Shown one piece after another: positions 1 to 11,876 of a DNA stretch of 64,000 nucleotides (positions are counted from its first letter, which is position 1; each line of letters starts with the position of its first letter). Both the position numbers and the translations under genes were made by a program. This stretch comes from Thermoanaerobaculia bacterium (lineage in GTDB: Bacteria; Acidobacteriota; Thermoanaerobaculia; UBA5066; Gp7-AA6): NCBI GenBank assembly GCA_036406835.1, contig DASXAG010000110.1:156-64155 (forward strand), written 5' to 3'. The notes below the pieces were generated by a model, which worked only from the letters and a program-made list of their open reading frames with translations, was not told the DNA's origin and ran no database searches.

Positions 1-1
1 C

Positions 2-463
2 CTCGCGCCCGGCGGCCGGTTCGTCCTCGAGACGCTGCGGCTCGCGCCGGACGCTCCGCGGCGGCGGACGCGGCGCGTGCGAGACGGCGACGCGGTGCTC
101 GTCGTCGACGAGACCTGGAGTCCCGTGGCTCCCGCGCTCTGGCGCGCGACGTTCCGCTACCGTCTGCGCGACCGCGCGGGAGATCGCACGGCCCAGGCTT
201 CCTTTCTCGCCCGGCCGTGGGACGCCGCGACCCTCGAGCCGCTCTTCGCGGCGGCGGGCCTCGCGATCGAGACGATCTGGGGGGACTTCTCCGGCGGTCC
301 GTTCCGCGCGGACTCCGAGCGGCGGATCGTCCTCGCGCGAAGCGCTACGACAGCTCGAGCATCCGCAGAAGAGGCTTCTCCGCGGCGGCGCGCAGCGGCT
401 CGGGGAACACGATCTCGGGCCGCTCGTCGCGCAGACACAGATAAAGCTTCTCGAGCGTGTTGA
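2..463 (+). CDS. Class I SAM-dependent methyltransferase, C-terminal part (5' end outside window)
   Basis: The frame is open from base 2 and reads LAPGGRFVLE...LAIETIWGDFSGGPF...RRIVLAR, typical of the C-terminal half of class I methyltransferases. Confidence 0.7.
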   Translation, partial: LAPGGRFVLETLRLAPDAPRRRTRRVRDGDAVLVVDETWSPVAPALWRATFRYRLRDRAGDRTAQASFLARPWDAATLEPLFAAAGLAIETIWGDFSGGPFRADSERRIVLARSATTARASAEEASPRRRAAARGTRSRAARRADTDKASRAC

Positions 464-1346
464 GCTTCATGAAGGGGCACTCGTTGCAGCGGCAGCCGTT
501 GTCGGGCGGGACGGGGATGTACTCGCGGTCCGGCGCGAGCTTCTTCATCTGGTGGACGATTCCCTCCTCCGTGGCGATGAGGAAGCGCTTCCCGGGCGCG
601 GTGGTGACGTAGTTGAGGATCGACCGGGTCGAGCCGACGTGGTCGGCGTGCGCCAGGATCGGCTCCGGGCATTCCGGGTGCGCGGCGAGCTTCGCGTCGG
701 GGTATCTCGCCTTGAGACGGAGGATCTCGCGCTCCGAGAACTGCTCGTGGACGATGCAGGTCCCCGGCCACAGGGTCATGGGCCGGTGGAGCTTCTCGGA
801 GAGGAACCGGCCGAGGTGCCGGTCCGGTGCGAAGAGGATCTCCTGCTCGGGGGGGATCGAGCGAACGATCTTCTCGGCGTTGGACGAGGTCACGATGATG
901 TCCGAGAGCGCCTTCACGGCGGCGGAGCAGTTGATGTACGTCAGCGAGACGGCGCCGGGGTGCTTTTCCCGCCAGGCGCGGAACGCCTCGGGGGGGCAGG
1001 AGTCCTCGAGCGAGCAGCCGGCCTCGTAGTCCGGCAGGACGACCTTCCGCGTCGGGTTCAGGATCTTGGCGGTCTCGGCCATGAACCGCACGCCGGCGAA
1101 CGCGATGATCCGCGCCTCGCTCTCCTGGGCCTTGCGTGCGAGATCGAGCGAGTCGCCGACGAAGTCCGCGAGGTCCTGGATGGACTCTTCTTGGTAGTAG
1201 TGGGCCAGCAGGACTGCGTTTTTTTGTCTCTTCAGATTCCGGATCTCGGCCTCGAGGTCCAGCCGGGGATCGATCGAGGAGATGTCCGGCGCCGGAGGCC
1301 TCGGCGGAAGTGTCGGATAGGACGGGGCGATTCCGTTTCCGCTCAT
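345..1346 (-). CDS. nadA: Quinolinate synthase A
   Basis: Motifs LLAHYYQ, GDSL, GVRFMAET, AGCSL, YINCS, CIVHE, HPEC and CNECPFMK; ATG at 1346 preferred as start. Confidence 0.95.
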   Translation of the reverse strand: MSGNGIAPSYPTLPPRPPAPDISSIDPRLDLEAEIRNLKRQKNAVLLAHYYQEESIQDLADFVGDSLDLARKAQESEARIIAFAGVRFMAETAKILNPTRKVVLPDYEAGCSLEDSCPPEAFRAWREKHPGAVSLTYINCSAAVKALSDIIVTSSNAEKIVRSIPPEQEILFAPDRHLGRFLSEKLHRPMTLWPGTCIVHEQFSEREILRLKARYPDAKLAAHPECPEPILAHADHVGSTRSILNYVTTAPGKRFLIATEEGIVHQMKKLAPDREYIPVPPDNGCRCNECPFMKLNTLEKLYLCLRDERPEIVFPEPLRAAAEKPLLRMLELS

Positions 1347-1446
1347 GAGCTGCCGAGCATAACAAGGCGATCTCGTAAACGTTTCAGCCCGATTCCTCGT
1401 ATCTTTAGTGGATGGCATGAGATTCGCAAACACGACGACCGCACCT

Positions 1447-1557
1447 ATGTCCGAAATGCACTCAGAATCCCGCCGAGACGCGAAGGCTCTCATCTTCCTG
1501 GCCATCACCTTGTGCCTCGCGGCGCTCGAGGTGTGGGGTCTGATCAGACTGTTTTGA
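1447..1557 (+). CDS. Candidate 36-aa single-pass membrane protein
   Basis: Translates as [36 protein letters not shown] and is followed by a GC hairpin at 1562-1582. Confidence 0.45.
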   Translation: MSEMHSESRRDAKALIFLAITLCLAALEVWGLIRLF

Positions 1558-1561
1558 CCGC

Positions 1562-1582
1562 GGGCGGGGACGAGCCCCGCCC
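1562..1582 (+). terminator. GC hairpin, possible terminator
   Basis: GGGCGGGG-acgag-CCCCGCCC; no U-tract follows. Confidence 0.35.
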
Positions 1583-1654
1583 CTGCGACCGGGGCGAGCC
1601 ATCCGCGCCGCCGTCACCGTCCCGCCAAAAACCCCTTTGGTATATTCGGCTGCG

Positions 1655-3772
1655 ATGGCGACCGAGGTGCGCACCGACCGGCTTCGCGGCCTCGATCCCG
1701 CCACCCTGATCGCGGCCTACCGCAACGTCTACCTCTCCCGGCGGGTCGACGACAAGGAGATCCAGCTCAAGCGGCAGAACAAGATCTACTTCCAGATCAA
1801 CAGCGTGGGCCACGAGGCCGTGACGACGGCAGCCGGCATGGTCCTCAAGCCCGGCTACGACTGGTTCATGGCCTACTACCGGGACCGGGCGCTCTGCCTG
1901 GCCCTCGGGGTGACCCCCTACGAGATGTTCCTCCAGGCGGTCGGCGCCCGGGAGGACCCCGCCTCCGCCGGCCGGCAGATGCCGTCGCACTGGGGGTCGA
2001 AGCGGCTCAACCTGATCTCGAAGTCCTCCTGCACCGGCACCCAGTTCCTCCAGGTCGCCGGCGCGGTCGAGGCCGGCTGGCGGCTCTCCCGGATCGCCGA
2101 GCTCGCCGGCAAGGGCGGGTTCCAGAAGGACGAGGTCGGCTACGTCTCGGGCGGCGAGGGGCAGACCTCCGAGGGCGAGTTCTGGGAGGCGATCTCGACG
2201 GCGAGCAACCTGAAGCTCCCGGTGATCTTCCTCGTCGAGGACAACGGCTACGCGATCTCGGTCCCCGTCGAGGTCAACGTCCCGGGCGGATCGATCTCGA
2301 AGCTCGTCCGCGGCTTCCCGAACTTCTTCGTGACGGAGATCGACGGGACCGACTTCGTCGAGTCCTACGACGCGATGCGGCACGCGGCGGAGTACTGCCG
2401 CAAGCGGATGGGGCCGGCCCTCGTGCACGCGAAGGTCATCCGGCCCTACAGCCATTCGCTCTCGGACGACGAGGCGCTCTACCGCCCGAAGGCGGAGCGC
2501 GAGCAGGAGCTCGAGAGGGATCCGGTCCGCCGGCTCTCGCGCCTCCTGCTCGACGAGGGGATCCTCCAGCAGGCCGACCTCGAGAAGCTCCATGCCGAGG
2601 TCGAGGCGCAGGTCAACGCCGACGCGGACCGCGCGCTCGCCGCCGAGCTGCCCAAGCCCGAGTCCGCGTACGACTTCGTCTATTCCCCGGACGTCGACCC
2701 GACCTCCTCGGCGTTCGCGACGAAGCCGGCCTTCGCCGAGGGCGCGATGCCGACGACGATGGTCGATCTGCTCAACGCCTGCATGCGCGACGAGATGAAG
2801 CGCAACCCGGCGATCGTCATGTTCGGCGAGGACGTCGCGGACGCCACGCGCGAGGACGTGCTCGCCGAGTGCAAGGGCAAGGGCGGCGTCTTCAAGCTCA
2901 CCGCGGGCCTCCAGCGGCTCTACGGCGCGAACCGCGTCTTCAACTCGCCTCTCGCCGAGGCCAACATCGTCGGCCGCGCGATCGGGATGGCGGTGCGCGG
3001 GCTGAAGCCCGTCGTCGAGATCCAGTTCTTCGACTACATCTGGCCCGCCTACATGCAGATCCACAACGAGCTCTCGAACCTGCGCTGGCGGTCCGGCAAT
3101 GCGTTCTCCTGCCCGGTCGTCGTGCGCGTCGCCGTCGGCGGCTACATCGGCGGCGGCGCCGTATACCACTCGCAGTCGGGCGCCGTGCTCATGACGCACA
3201 TCCCGGGGCTGCGCGTCGTCATGCCGTCCAACGCGCTCGACGCCAACGGCCTGCTCCGCACCGCGATCCGCTGCGAGGATCCGGTGCTCTTCCTCGAGCA
3301 CAAGCACCTCTACCGCCAGACGCACAACAAGGGCGTCTACCCGGGTCCGGACTACATGGTGCCGTTCGGCAAGGCGGCGGTCGTGCAGGAGGGCGCGGAC
3401 GTCACGATCGTGACCTACGGCGCCACGGTCTACCGTTCGTGGCAGGCGGCCAAGGCGTTCACCGAGGAGACCGGAAAGACCGTCGAGATCCTGGACCTTC
3501 GGACGCTCTCGCCGTACGACTTCGAGTCGATCGCGGCCTCCGTCAAGAAGACCTCGCGCGTCCTGGTCGTCTACGAGGACCCGATCTCGTGGGGCTACGG
3601 CGCGGAGATCGCGGCGCGCGTCTCGACCGAGCTCTTCTCCTATCTGGATGCGCCGGTGGAGCGCGTCGCCGCGACCGACACCTTCGTCGCGTACCAGCCC
3701 CAGGTCGAGGACTTCATCCTTCCGCAGGCCTCGCACATCCGGAAGGCGCTCGAGAAGGTTGTCGCCTTTTAG
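1655..3772 (+). CDS. Fused 2-oxoacid dehydrogenase E1 alpha/beta (TPP-dependent, probably branched-chain type)
   Basis: The alpha part has GHEA, YYRD, GRQMPSH and [12 protein letters not shown]; the beta part has [19 protein letters not shown] and EIQFFDY. Confidence 0.9.
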   Translation: MATEVRTDRLRGLDPATLIAAYRNVYLSRRVDDKEIQLKRQNKIYFQINSVGHEAVTTAAGMVLKPGYDWFMAYYRDRALCLALGVTPYEMFLQAVGAREDPASAGRQMPSHWGSKRLNLISKSSCTGTQFLQVAGAVEAGWRLSRIAELAGKGGFQKDEVGYVSGGEGQTSEGEFWEAISTASNLKLPVIFLVEDNGYAISVPVEVNVPGGSISKLVRGFPNFFVTEIDGTDFVESYDAMRHAAEYCRKRMGPALVHAKVIRPYSHSLSDDEALYRPKAEREQELERDPVRRLSRLLLDEGILQQADLEKLHAEVEAQVNADADRALAAELPKPESAYDFVYSPDVDPTSSAFATKPAFAEGAMPTTMVDLLNACMRDEMKRNPAIVMFGEDVADATREDVLAECKGKGGVFKLTAGLQRLYGANRVFNSPLAEANIVGRAIGMAVRGLKPVVEIQFFDYIWPAYMQIHNELSNLRWRSGNAFSCPVVVRVAVGGYIGGGAVYHSQSGAVLMTHIPGLRVVMPSNALDANGLLRTAIRCEDPVLFLEHKHLYRQTHNKGVYPGPDYMVPFGKAAVVQEGADVTIVTYGATVYRSWQAAKAFTEETGKTVEILDLRTLSPYDFESIAASVKKTSRVLVVYEDPISWGYGAEIAARVSTELFSYLDAPVERVAATDTFVAYQPQVEDFILPQASHIRKALEKVVAF

Positions 3773-3898
3773 AGACTTCTTTCGCCACCCAGGCGACACT
3801 TTCGGTCGGCCCTCCTAACCCAAGTCCCGCCAGCTCAACGAGTTCCGTTTGGGTACGCAACATGCTCTCCTCGTAGGGCGTCTCGAAAGGAGACCTCG

Positions 3899-4102
3899 AT
3901 GAGACGCCAAGAAGCAATCCTGACCCTGGCCCTGGACGCGGACGCCAATCACCGGTCGCTCCGGCGCTGCCACGGTTGCGGCAGCTACACGCGCCCGGCC
4001 GCCGAGGTGCAGGGAAGACTGCTCTGCGAGCGATGCGCCGAGAGGGCGCGGCGGGAGTCGGAGCTGGAGCAGGGCAACCTGAACGAAGTTCTGGAGACCT
4101 AG
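3899..4102 (+). CDS. Small zinc-finger-like hypothetical protein (CxxC-x15-CxxC)
   Basis: CHGC...CERC in 67 aa, with an AAGGAG Shine-Dalgarno upstream. Confidence 0.65.
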   Translation: MRRQEAILTLALDADANHRSLRRCHGCGSYTRPAAEVQGRLLCERCAERARRESELEQGNLNEVLET

Positions 4103-4159
4103 CTCGTTGCCGCACGTCTCACGGCCTACGGCTCACGCCCAATGTAGAATCGCCGCCTG

Positions 4160-4948
4160 GTGAAGGCCGACCACCAGGCGACGCTCCTCCGCCGACACGT
4201 TTTCTCCACCGGCCTCTTTTCGGTGACGTTCCGCTCGCCCGCGCTGGCGAGCGCCATCTCTGCCGGCCAGTTCGCGATGGTCGACGTTCCGGACCGGGCG
4301 CGCCCGTACCTGCGCCGCGCCTACTCGGTGGCCGACGCGGACCCGGTGGCCGGCAACGTCGAGTTCCTGATCAAGACGATCGGCGCGGGGACGGCGGCGC
4401 TCGAGGAGCTTCCGACGGGCGCGGGCGTGGGCCTGCTCGGGCCGCTCGGCAACGCGTTCGGCACGGCGGGGTTCGCGAAGGGGGATCGCGCGGCGATCGT
4501 CGCGGGCGGCATCGGCGCGGCCCCGTTCCCCCTGCTGCTGAAGGCGCTCCGGCAGGCCGGAGTTCCGTGCGACTTCTTCTTCGGCGGGCGCAGCGAGAGC
4601 GAGCTCTCGATCCGCAGCCGCTTCGACGGGCTCGTGCGCGGCGACACGATTCTCTCGACCGACGACGGTTCACTGGGCGAGAAGGGCTTCGTCACGCAGG
4701 CGCTGGCGAGGCGGCTCGAGGCGGGCGCGCGCTACGCGAAGGTCTACGCCTGCGGGCCGATGCCGATGTTCGCGGCGCTCGCGAAGGTCGTCGGGGCCGC
4801 GAGGGTGCCGGCGGAGTTCTCGACGGAGGCGGAGATGGGCTGCGGCTTCGGCGCCTGCCTCGGCTGCGTGATCCCCGGGACCGAGAAGCCGTTCATCGTG
4901 TCGTGCAGCGAGGGGCCGATCCTGAGTCCGGAGAAGATCAAGTGGTGA
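4160..4948 (+). CDS. pyrK: Dihydroorotate dehydrogenase electron transfer subunit
   Basis: GQFAM, LRRAYSV, GPLGNAF, AGGIG, YACGP and the 2Fe-2S motif MGCGFGACLGC; lies next to pyrD. Confidence 0.93.
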   Translation: MKADHQATLLRRHVFSTGLFSVTFRSPALASAISAGQFAMVDVPDRARPYLRRAYSVADADPVAGNVEFLIKTIGAGTAALEELPTGAGVGLLGPLGNAFGTAGFAKGDRAAIVAGGIGAAPFPLLLKALRQAGVPCDFFFGGRSESELSIRSRFDGLVRGDTILSTDDGSLGEKGFVTQALARRLEAGARYAKVYACGPMPMFAALAKVVGAARVPAEFSTEAEMGCGFGACLGCVIPGTEKPFIVSCSEGPILSPEKIKW

Positions 4949-4961
4949 GGAGTAAGGGGCT

Positions 4962-5052
4962 CCCCTCACCCCGTCCCTCTCCCGCCGGGAGAGGGGGTTC
5001 TGTACGACCGCCCTTGCAGGAATTCCCCTCTCCCCCCGGGCAGGGTGAGGGG
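4962..5052. repeat. REP/MITE-like palindromic element, family A
   Basis: Terminal inverted repeats CCCCTCACCC...GGGTGAGGGG with an internal hairpin CCCTCTCCC-gcc-GGGAGAGGG; a half copy occurs at 7579-7612. Confidence 0.75.
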
Positions 5053-5057
5053 GGCGA

Positions 5058-6002
5058 ATGAGCCTCGACGTCCGCCTCGGCCCTCTCTCGCTCGCGAACC
5101 CGATCACGACCGCGTCGGGCACGTTCGGCTACGGCCTCGAGTTCACGGACTTCGTGGATCTCGCGGCCATCGGCGCGCTGTGCACGAAGGGCCTCTCGCT
5201 GAAGCCCCACGCCGGCAACGCGCCGCCGCGCATCTGCGAGACGCCCGCGGGCATGCTCAACGCGATCGGCCTCCAGAACGTGGGCGTCGAGGTCTTCCTC
5301 TCGGAGAAGCTGCCGAAGCTGCGCGCGCTCGGCGCGACGGTGATCGCGAACGTCTGGGGCGACCTCGAGGAGGACTACGTCACGGTGGTTCGGGCTCTCG
5401 AGGGCGCGCAGGGAGTCTCCGCGATCGAGCTCAACATCTCCTGCCCGAACGTGCGCCAGGGCGGGATGCTCTTCGGCAACTCGCCGCCGCTGACGCGCTC
5501 GCTCGTCGGCAAGGTGCGCGCCGCGACGCGGCGGCCTCTGATCGTGAAGCTTTCGCCGAACGCCCCCGACCTCGTGGAATCGGCGAAGGCCGCGCGCGAG
5601 GCCGGCGCCGACATCCTCTCGCTGGTCAACACCTTCGTCGGCATGGCGATCGATCCCGAGACCGCGCGGCCGCGGATCTCCTTCGGCACGGGCGGCCTCT
5701 CGGGCCCGGCGATCAAGCCGCTCGCGGTGCGGATGGTCTACCAGGTCGCGCGCGCCCTGCCGGACACGCCGCTCATGGGCATCGGCGGGATCGGGGAGCT
5801 CTCGGACGTGCTCGAGTTCCTCGCCGCGGGCGCGACCGCGGTCCAGGTCGGCACGGCGAACTTCAAGGACCCCGCCGTCTCCGGGAGGCTCGTGCGGGAG
5901 CTCTCCGAGTACTGCGCGCGCAAGGGCGTCACCGCGGCGTCGCTCGTCGGGCGCGCGCAGCGCGCGGGAAGCGCCGCGAAAGACAGCGGGGCGGAAGGAT
6001 GA
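5058..6002 (+). CDS. pyrD: Dihydroorotate dehydrogenase class 1B catalytic subunit
   Basis: TASGTFGYG, GNAPPRICET, MLNAIGLQN, ELNISCPNV, VKLSPN and GGLSGPAIKP. Confidence 0.95.
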   Translation: MSLDVRLGPLSLANPITTASGTFGYGLEFTDFVDLAAIGALCTKGLSLKPHAGNAPPRICETPAGMLNAIGLQNVGVEVFLSEKLPKLRALGATVIANVWGDLEEDYVTVVRALEGAQGVSAIELNISCPNVRQGGMLFGNSPPLTRSLVGKVRAATRRPLIVKLSPNAPDLVESAKAAREAGADILSLVNTFVGMAIDPETARPRISFGTGGLSGPAIKPLAVRMVYQVARALPDTPLMGIGGIGELSDVLEFLAAGATAVQVGTANFKDPAVSGRLVRELSEYCARKGVTAASLVGRAQRAGSAAKDSGAEG

Positions 6003-6688
6003 GGGACGCGCGGCTCTGCATCGCGCTCGACTTCCCCGCGCGCGCCGAGATCCTCGCGATGGCGCGACTCGTGGCGCCGCGCGTCGGCTGGCTCAAGGTC
6101 GGCCTCGAGGCCTTCGTGGCGGAGGGGCCCCGCCTCGTCGGCGAGGTCGCGGCGACGGGTGCGAACGTGTTTCTGGACCTCAAGCTGCACGACATCCCGG
6201 CGACCGTGGCCGGCGCCGTCGCCGCCGCGGCCCGCTCGGGCGCGCAGATGGTCAACGTCCACGCCTCCGGCGGCCGGGCGATGCTGGAGGCGGCGCGAGA
6301 GGCGGCCGACCGCGCGAAGCTGCCGCGGTTGATCGCCGTCACGCTGCTCACTTCGCTCGACGCCCGCGCGCTCGCGGACCTGCCGATGGCCGGCAATCCC
6401 GAGGGCATCGCGCGCAGGCTCGCGCTTCTCGCGAAAGACTGCCGCCTCGACGGCGTCGTCTGCGCGGCGACGGACCTCCACGGCATCCGCGACGCCTGCG
6501 GGCCGGACTTCGTCACGGTCGTGCCGGGCATCCGGCCGGCCGGCGCGGGCGTGCAGGACCAGAAGCGCATCGCGACTCCCGCGGCGGCTCTCCGGGACGG
6601 GGCGAGCCTGCTGGTGATCGGCCGGCCCGTCACCGCCGCTCCGGACCCGGTGGCGGCGCTGGAGAAGATCCTGGACGAGATCCGCTAA
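5999..6688 (+). CDS. pyrF: Orotidine-5'-phosphate decarboxylase
   Basis: IALD, KVG, FLDLKLHDIPATV, VPGIRP, DQKR and LVIGRP; ATGA overlap with pyrD. Confidence 0.95.
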   Translation: MRDARLCIALDFPARAEILAMARLVAPRVGWLKVGLEAFVAEGPRLVGEVAATGANVFLDLKLHDIPATVAGAVAAAARSGAQMVNVHASGGRAMLEAAREAADRAKLPRLIAVTLLTSLDARALADLPMAGNPEGIARRLALLAKDCRLDGVVCAATDLHGIRDACGPDFVTVVPGIRPAGAGVQDQKRIATPAAALRDGASLLVIGRPVTAAPDPVAALEKILDEIR

Positions 6689-6694
6689 CTCAGT

Positions 6695-6780
6695 GTCATC
6701 CCGAGGGCCGCAGGCCCGAGGGATCCCTCTCGGAGCCACGGCGCGGCTTCAAAGGGGCCCCTCGCTGCGCTCGGGATGAC
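6695..6780. repeat. REP/MITE-like element, family B (86 bp)
   Basis: 11-bp inverted ends GTCATCCCGAG...CTCGGGATGAC; a second 86-bp copy lies at 57258-57343. Confidence 0.85.
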
Positions 6781-6806
6781 CGGACACGAGGCATAATCCC
6801 CCCGCC

Positions 6807-7628
6807 ATGAGCCTCTGGAAGCAGCCGCACGGGACCTGGATCGTGGGCCACCGCGGCGCGCCGCGTCGCGCGCGCGAGAACACGATCGACAGCATGGACT
6901 TCGCCGAGAGCTTCGGCGCCGACGCCGTCGAGTTCGACGTCCGCCAGACGCGCGACGGCGAGGCCGTCGTCTACCACGACGAGGACATCCTGCTCGGCAC
7001 CCAGCGCATTCCCGTGAAGAGCTTCACCTCGCGCGAGATCGAGCGGCTGAGCCTGCCGTCCGACCTCGGCGAGTACCACATCCCGCGCCTCGAGCAGGTC
7101 TTCCACCGCTTCGGCACCGCACTCTGCTACATCGTCGAGGTGAAGTCCGGGCCCGGAACGCAGCTCGGGACGATGGCGCGCCGCGTCGCGCGGCTCGCCC
7201 GCGCCTACGGGGTCGCCGCGCGCTGCCTCGTCGCGTCGTTCGACGCGGAGTTCCTGAAGCGCATGCGGGAGGCCGACCCCGAGATCGCGACGAGCTTCCT
7301 CTTCGATCATCCCGTCGCGCTGCCCGCCCCGGGCCAGCCCGCGCCGATCTTCCCGCCGGTCGACGCGATCGGGCCGCGCCGCGATCTCGTGACGCCGGCG
7401 CTCCTCGCCTCGGCAGCCGCCGCGAGCCTCTCGGTGAACCCGTGGACGGTGGACGAGCCGGAGGAGATCCGGCGGCTCCTCGACGCGGGCGTCTCCTCGA
7501 TCACGACGAACGTGCCCGACGAGGCGGTCCGGCTCCGCAACGGGCTGTCGGCGTCCGCGAGCGTCGGAGCGGAAGGCGCCCCTCACCCCGGCCCCCTCCG
7601 GCCGGGAGAGGGAGCGGAGCCGTCCTGA
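6807..7628 (+). CDS. Glycerophosphodiester phosphodiesterase
   Basis: VGHRG, RENT, EFDV, IVEVK, SFD, WTVDE and ITTN motifs. Confidence 0.9.
   Translation: MSLWKQPHGTWIVGHRGAPRRARENTIDSMDFAESFGADAVEFDVRQTRDGEAVVYHDEDILLGTQRIPVKSFTSREIERLSLPSDLGEYHIPRLEQVFHRFGTALCYIVEVKSGPGTQLGTMARRVARLARAYGVAARCLVASFDAEFLKRMREADPEIATSFLFDHPVALPAPGQPAPIFPPVDAIGPRRDLVTPALLASAAAASLSVNPWTVDEPEEIRRLLDAGVSSITTNVPDEAVRLRNGLSASASVGAEGAPHPGPLRPGEGAEPS
7579..7612. repeat. Half copy of family A repeat inside the 3' end of the GDPD gene
   Basis: CCCCTCACCCC...GGGAGAGGG matches the left arm at 4962-4995. Confidence 0.6.
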
Positions 7629-7987
7629 TGCAGGTGGCGGGGTTGATCCTGGTCGGGGTCGTCGCCGGAGTGTGCGCGGGCATGTTCGGGATCGGCGGTG
7701 GTCTGATCATCGTCCCGGCGCTCGTCTTTTTCTTCGGGATGACGCAGCACTCGGCGGTCGGCACGTCGCTCGGCGCGATCCTGCTGCCCGTGGGCATCCT
7801 CGGCGCGTACGTCTACTGGAAGAACGGCCACGTCAACGTGGCCTACGCCGCGTGGATCGCCGCGGGCCTGATCGTCGGCGCCTTCCTCGGCGCGAAGCTG
7901 GTCCAGCCCGTCTCGGATCTCACGCTGCGGCGGATGTTCGGGGTGTTCCTGATCGTCGCCGCGCTGAAGTTGATCTGGGGGAAGTGA
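7628..7987 (+). CDS. Sulfite exporter TauE/SafE (TSUP) family, half-size
   Basis: AGMFGIGGGLIIVPAL and AVGTSL motifs in a 119-aa hydrophobic protein. Confidence 0.85.
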   Translation: MQVAGLILVGVVAGVCAGMFGIGGGLIIVPALVFFFGMTQHSAVGTSLGAILLPVGILGAYVYWKNGHVNVAYAAWIAAGLIVGAFLGAKLVQPVSDLTLRRMFGVFLIVAALKLIWGK

Positions 7988-7988
7988 C

Positions 7989-8990
7989 GTGCTCGGGGCG
8001 TTGATCGCCCTCTTCGCGGCCGTCTGGCTGGCGCAACACAGCGGCAGCGACGCGGAGCTGCGCGGGCTGGCTGTGCGCGACGCGCAGCACGCGTGGGCGA
8101 GCGGCGCCGGCGGGACGGTGCTCCGCACCCGCGACGGCGAGCGCTGGGAGAGGCTCACGGTCGACTTCGGCGAGAAGCTCGACTTCCGCGACGTCGAGTC
8201 GCTCGGGGGAGAGAAGCTCGTCCTGATGAGCGCGGGCGAGGGCGAGGCCTCGAAGATCTTTCAGTCGACCGACGGCGGCACGACGTGGCATCGGCTGCAT
8301 ACCAACCCCGATCCCAAGGGCTTCTACGACGCGATCGCGTTCTGGGACGACCAGAACGGGATCTTGCTGGGCGACCCCGTCGGCGGCCGTTTCGTCGTGC
8401 GCACCACCGCGAACGGCGGCCGCACGTGGTACGCGCCGAAGCGGCTCGAGATGCCGCCGGCGTTGCCCGGCGAGGGCGCTTTCGCCGCGAGCGGAACGTG
8501 CCTCTTCGCCCTGAAGGGGACCAACGACGCGTGGTTCGTCAGCGGCGGCGGAGGCAAGTCGCGCGTCTTCCACACGAGCGATCGCGGCGTGACGTGGACC
8601 GCGGCCGAGGCGCCGCTCACCGCGGCCAACGCGTCCTCGGGACTCTTTTCGATCGCGTTCGCCGACGCGAGGCGCGGATTTGTGACGGGCGGCGACTACA
8701 AGCAGCCGAAGTTCGCGGGACTCAACGGTGCGCGCACGGAGGACGGCGGCGCGACGTGGTCCCCGGCGCCAATTTCGGCGACCGGCTTCTACTCGGCCGT
8801 GGTCCCGCTTCCAGGCGCGCCGTCGGACTGGATCGCGGTCGGCCTCGCCGGCACCGCCGTGAGCCACGACGGCGGCAAGACGTGGGCGGCGCTCGATCGG
8901 GCGCCCTTCAACGCGGTCGCCTTCAGTGATCCCAACACCGGCTGGGCCGCCGGGCCGAAGGGGACGATCGTCCGGTTCGGGAAGCCGTAG
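7989..8990 (+). CDS. Secreted BNR/YVTN beta-propeller protein (Ycf48-like)
   Basis: Signal peptide plus repeated S/TxDGGxTW Asp-box motifs. Confidence 0.8.
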   Translation: MLGALIALFAAVWLAQHSGSDAELRGLAVRDAQHAWASGAGGTVLRTRDGERWERLTVDFGEKLDFRDVESLGGEKLVLMSAGEGEASKIFQSTDGGTTWHRLHTNPDPKGFYDAIAFWDDQNGILLGDPVGGRFVVRTTANGGRTWYAPKRLEMPPALPGEGAFAASGTCLFALKGTNDAWFVSGGGGKSRVFHTSDRGVTWTAAEAPLTAANASSGLFSIAFADARRGFVTGGDYKQPKFAGLNGARTEDGGATWSPAPISATGFYSAVVPLPGAPSDWIAVGLAGTAVSHDGGKTWAALDRAPFNAVAFSDPNTGWAAGPKGTIVRFGKP

Positions 8991-9011
8991 GAGCGGCGCG
9001 CTAGCGCGCAC

Positions 9012-9206
9012 TCAGTCGGCGAGTGGGTTGCGAACCGTCAGGAAGTCGAACTTGAGGAAGTCGCGGTCGGCCGTGTGGAGAGTCGGCACGTCGTGCTGGC
9101 TCAGGAGAGCGGCCAGATGCGCATCCGGGACGTCGTTGCCGCGGGTGAGCACATCTCGCGTGATGGCGCGGTAGACGTCCCGGAAGCGCCGGCGTCGGTT
9201 CGCCTC
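9012..9206 (-). pseudogene. Truncated PIN-domain (VapC-like) toxin, C-terminal half only
   Basis: Manual translation gives ...FRDVYRAITRDVLTRGNDVPDAHLAALLSQHDVPTLHTADRDFLKFDFLTVRNPLAD*; the N-terminus is missing and the fragment abuts the kinase stop codon. Confidence 0.7.
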
Positions 9207-11855
<2,649 letters not shown>

Positions 11856-11876
11856 GGCCGGCGGTGATCCTCCCTG

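Noticed and set aside
7628-7987. Half-length TauE as a truncated pseudogene
   Set aside because: It has a clean start and stop within an operon and a complete single repeat unit; half-size TSUP proteins are known.
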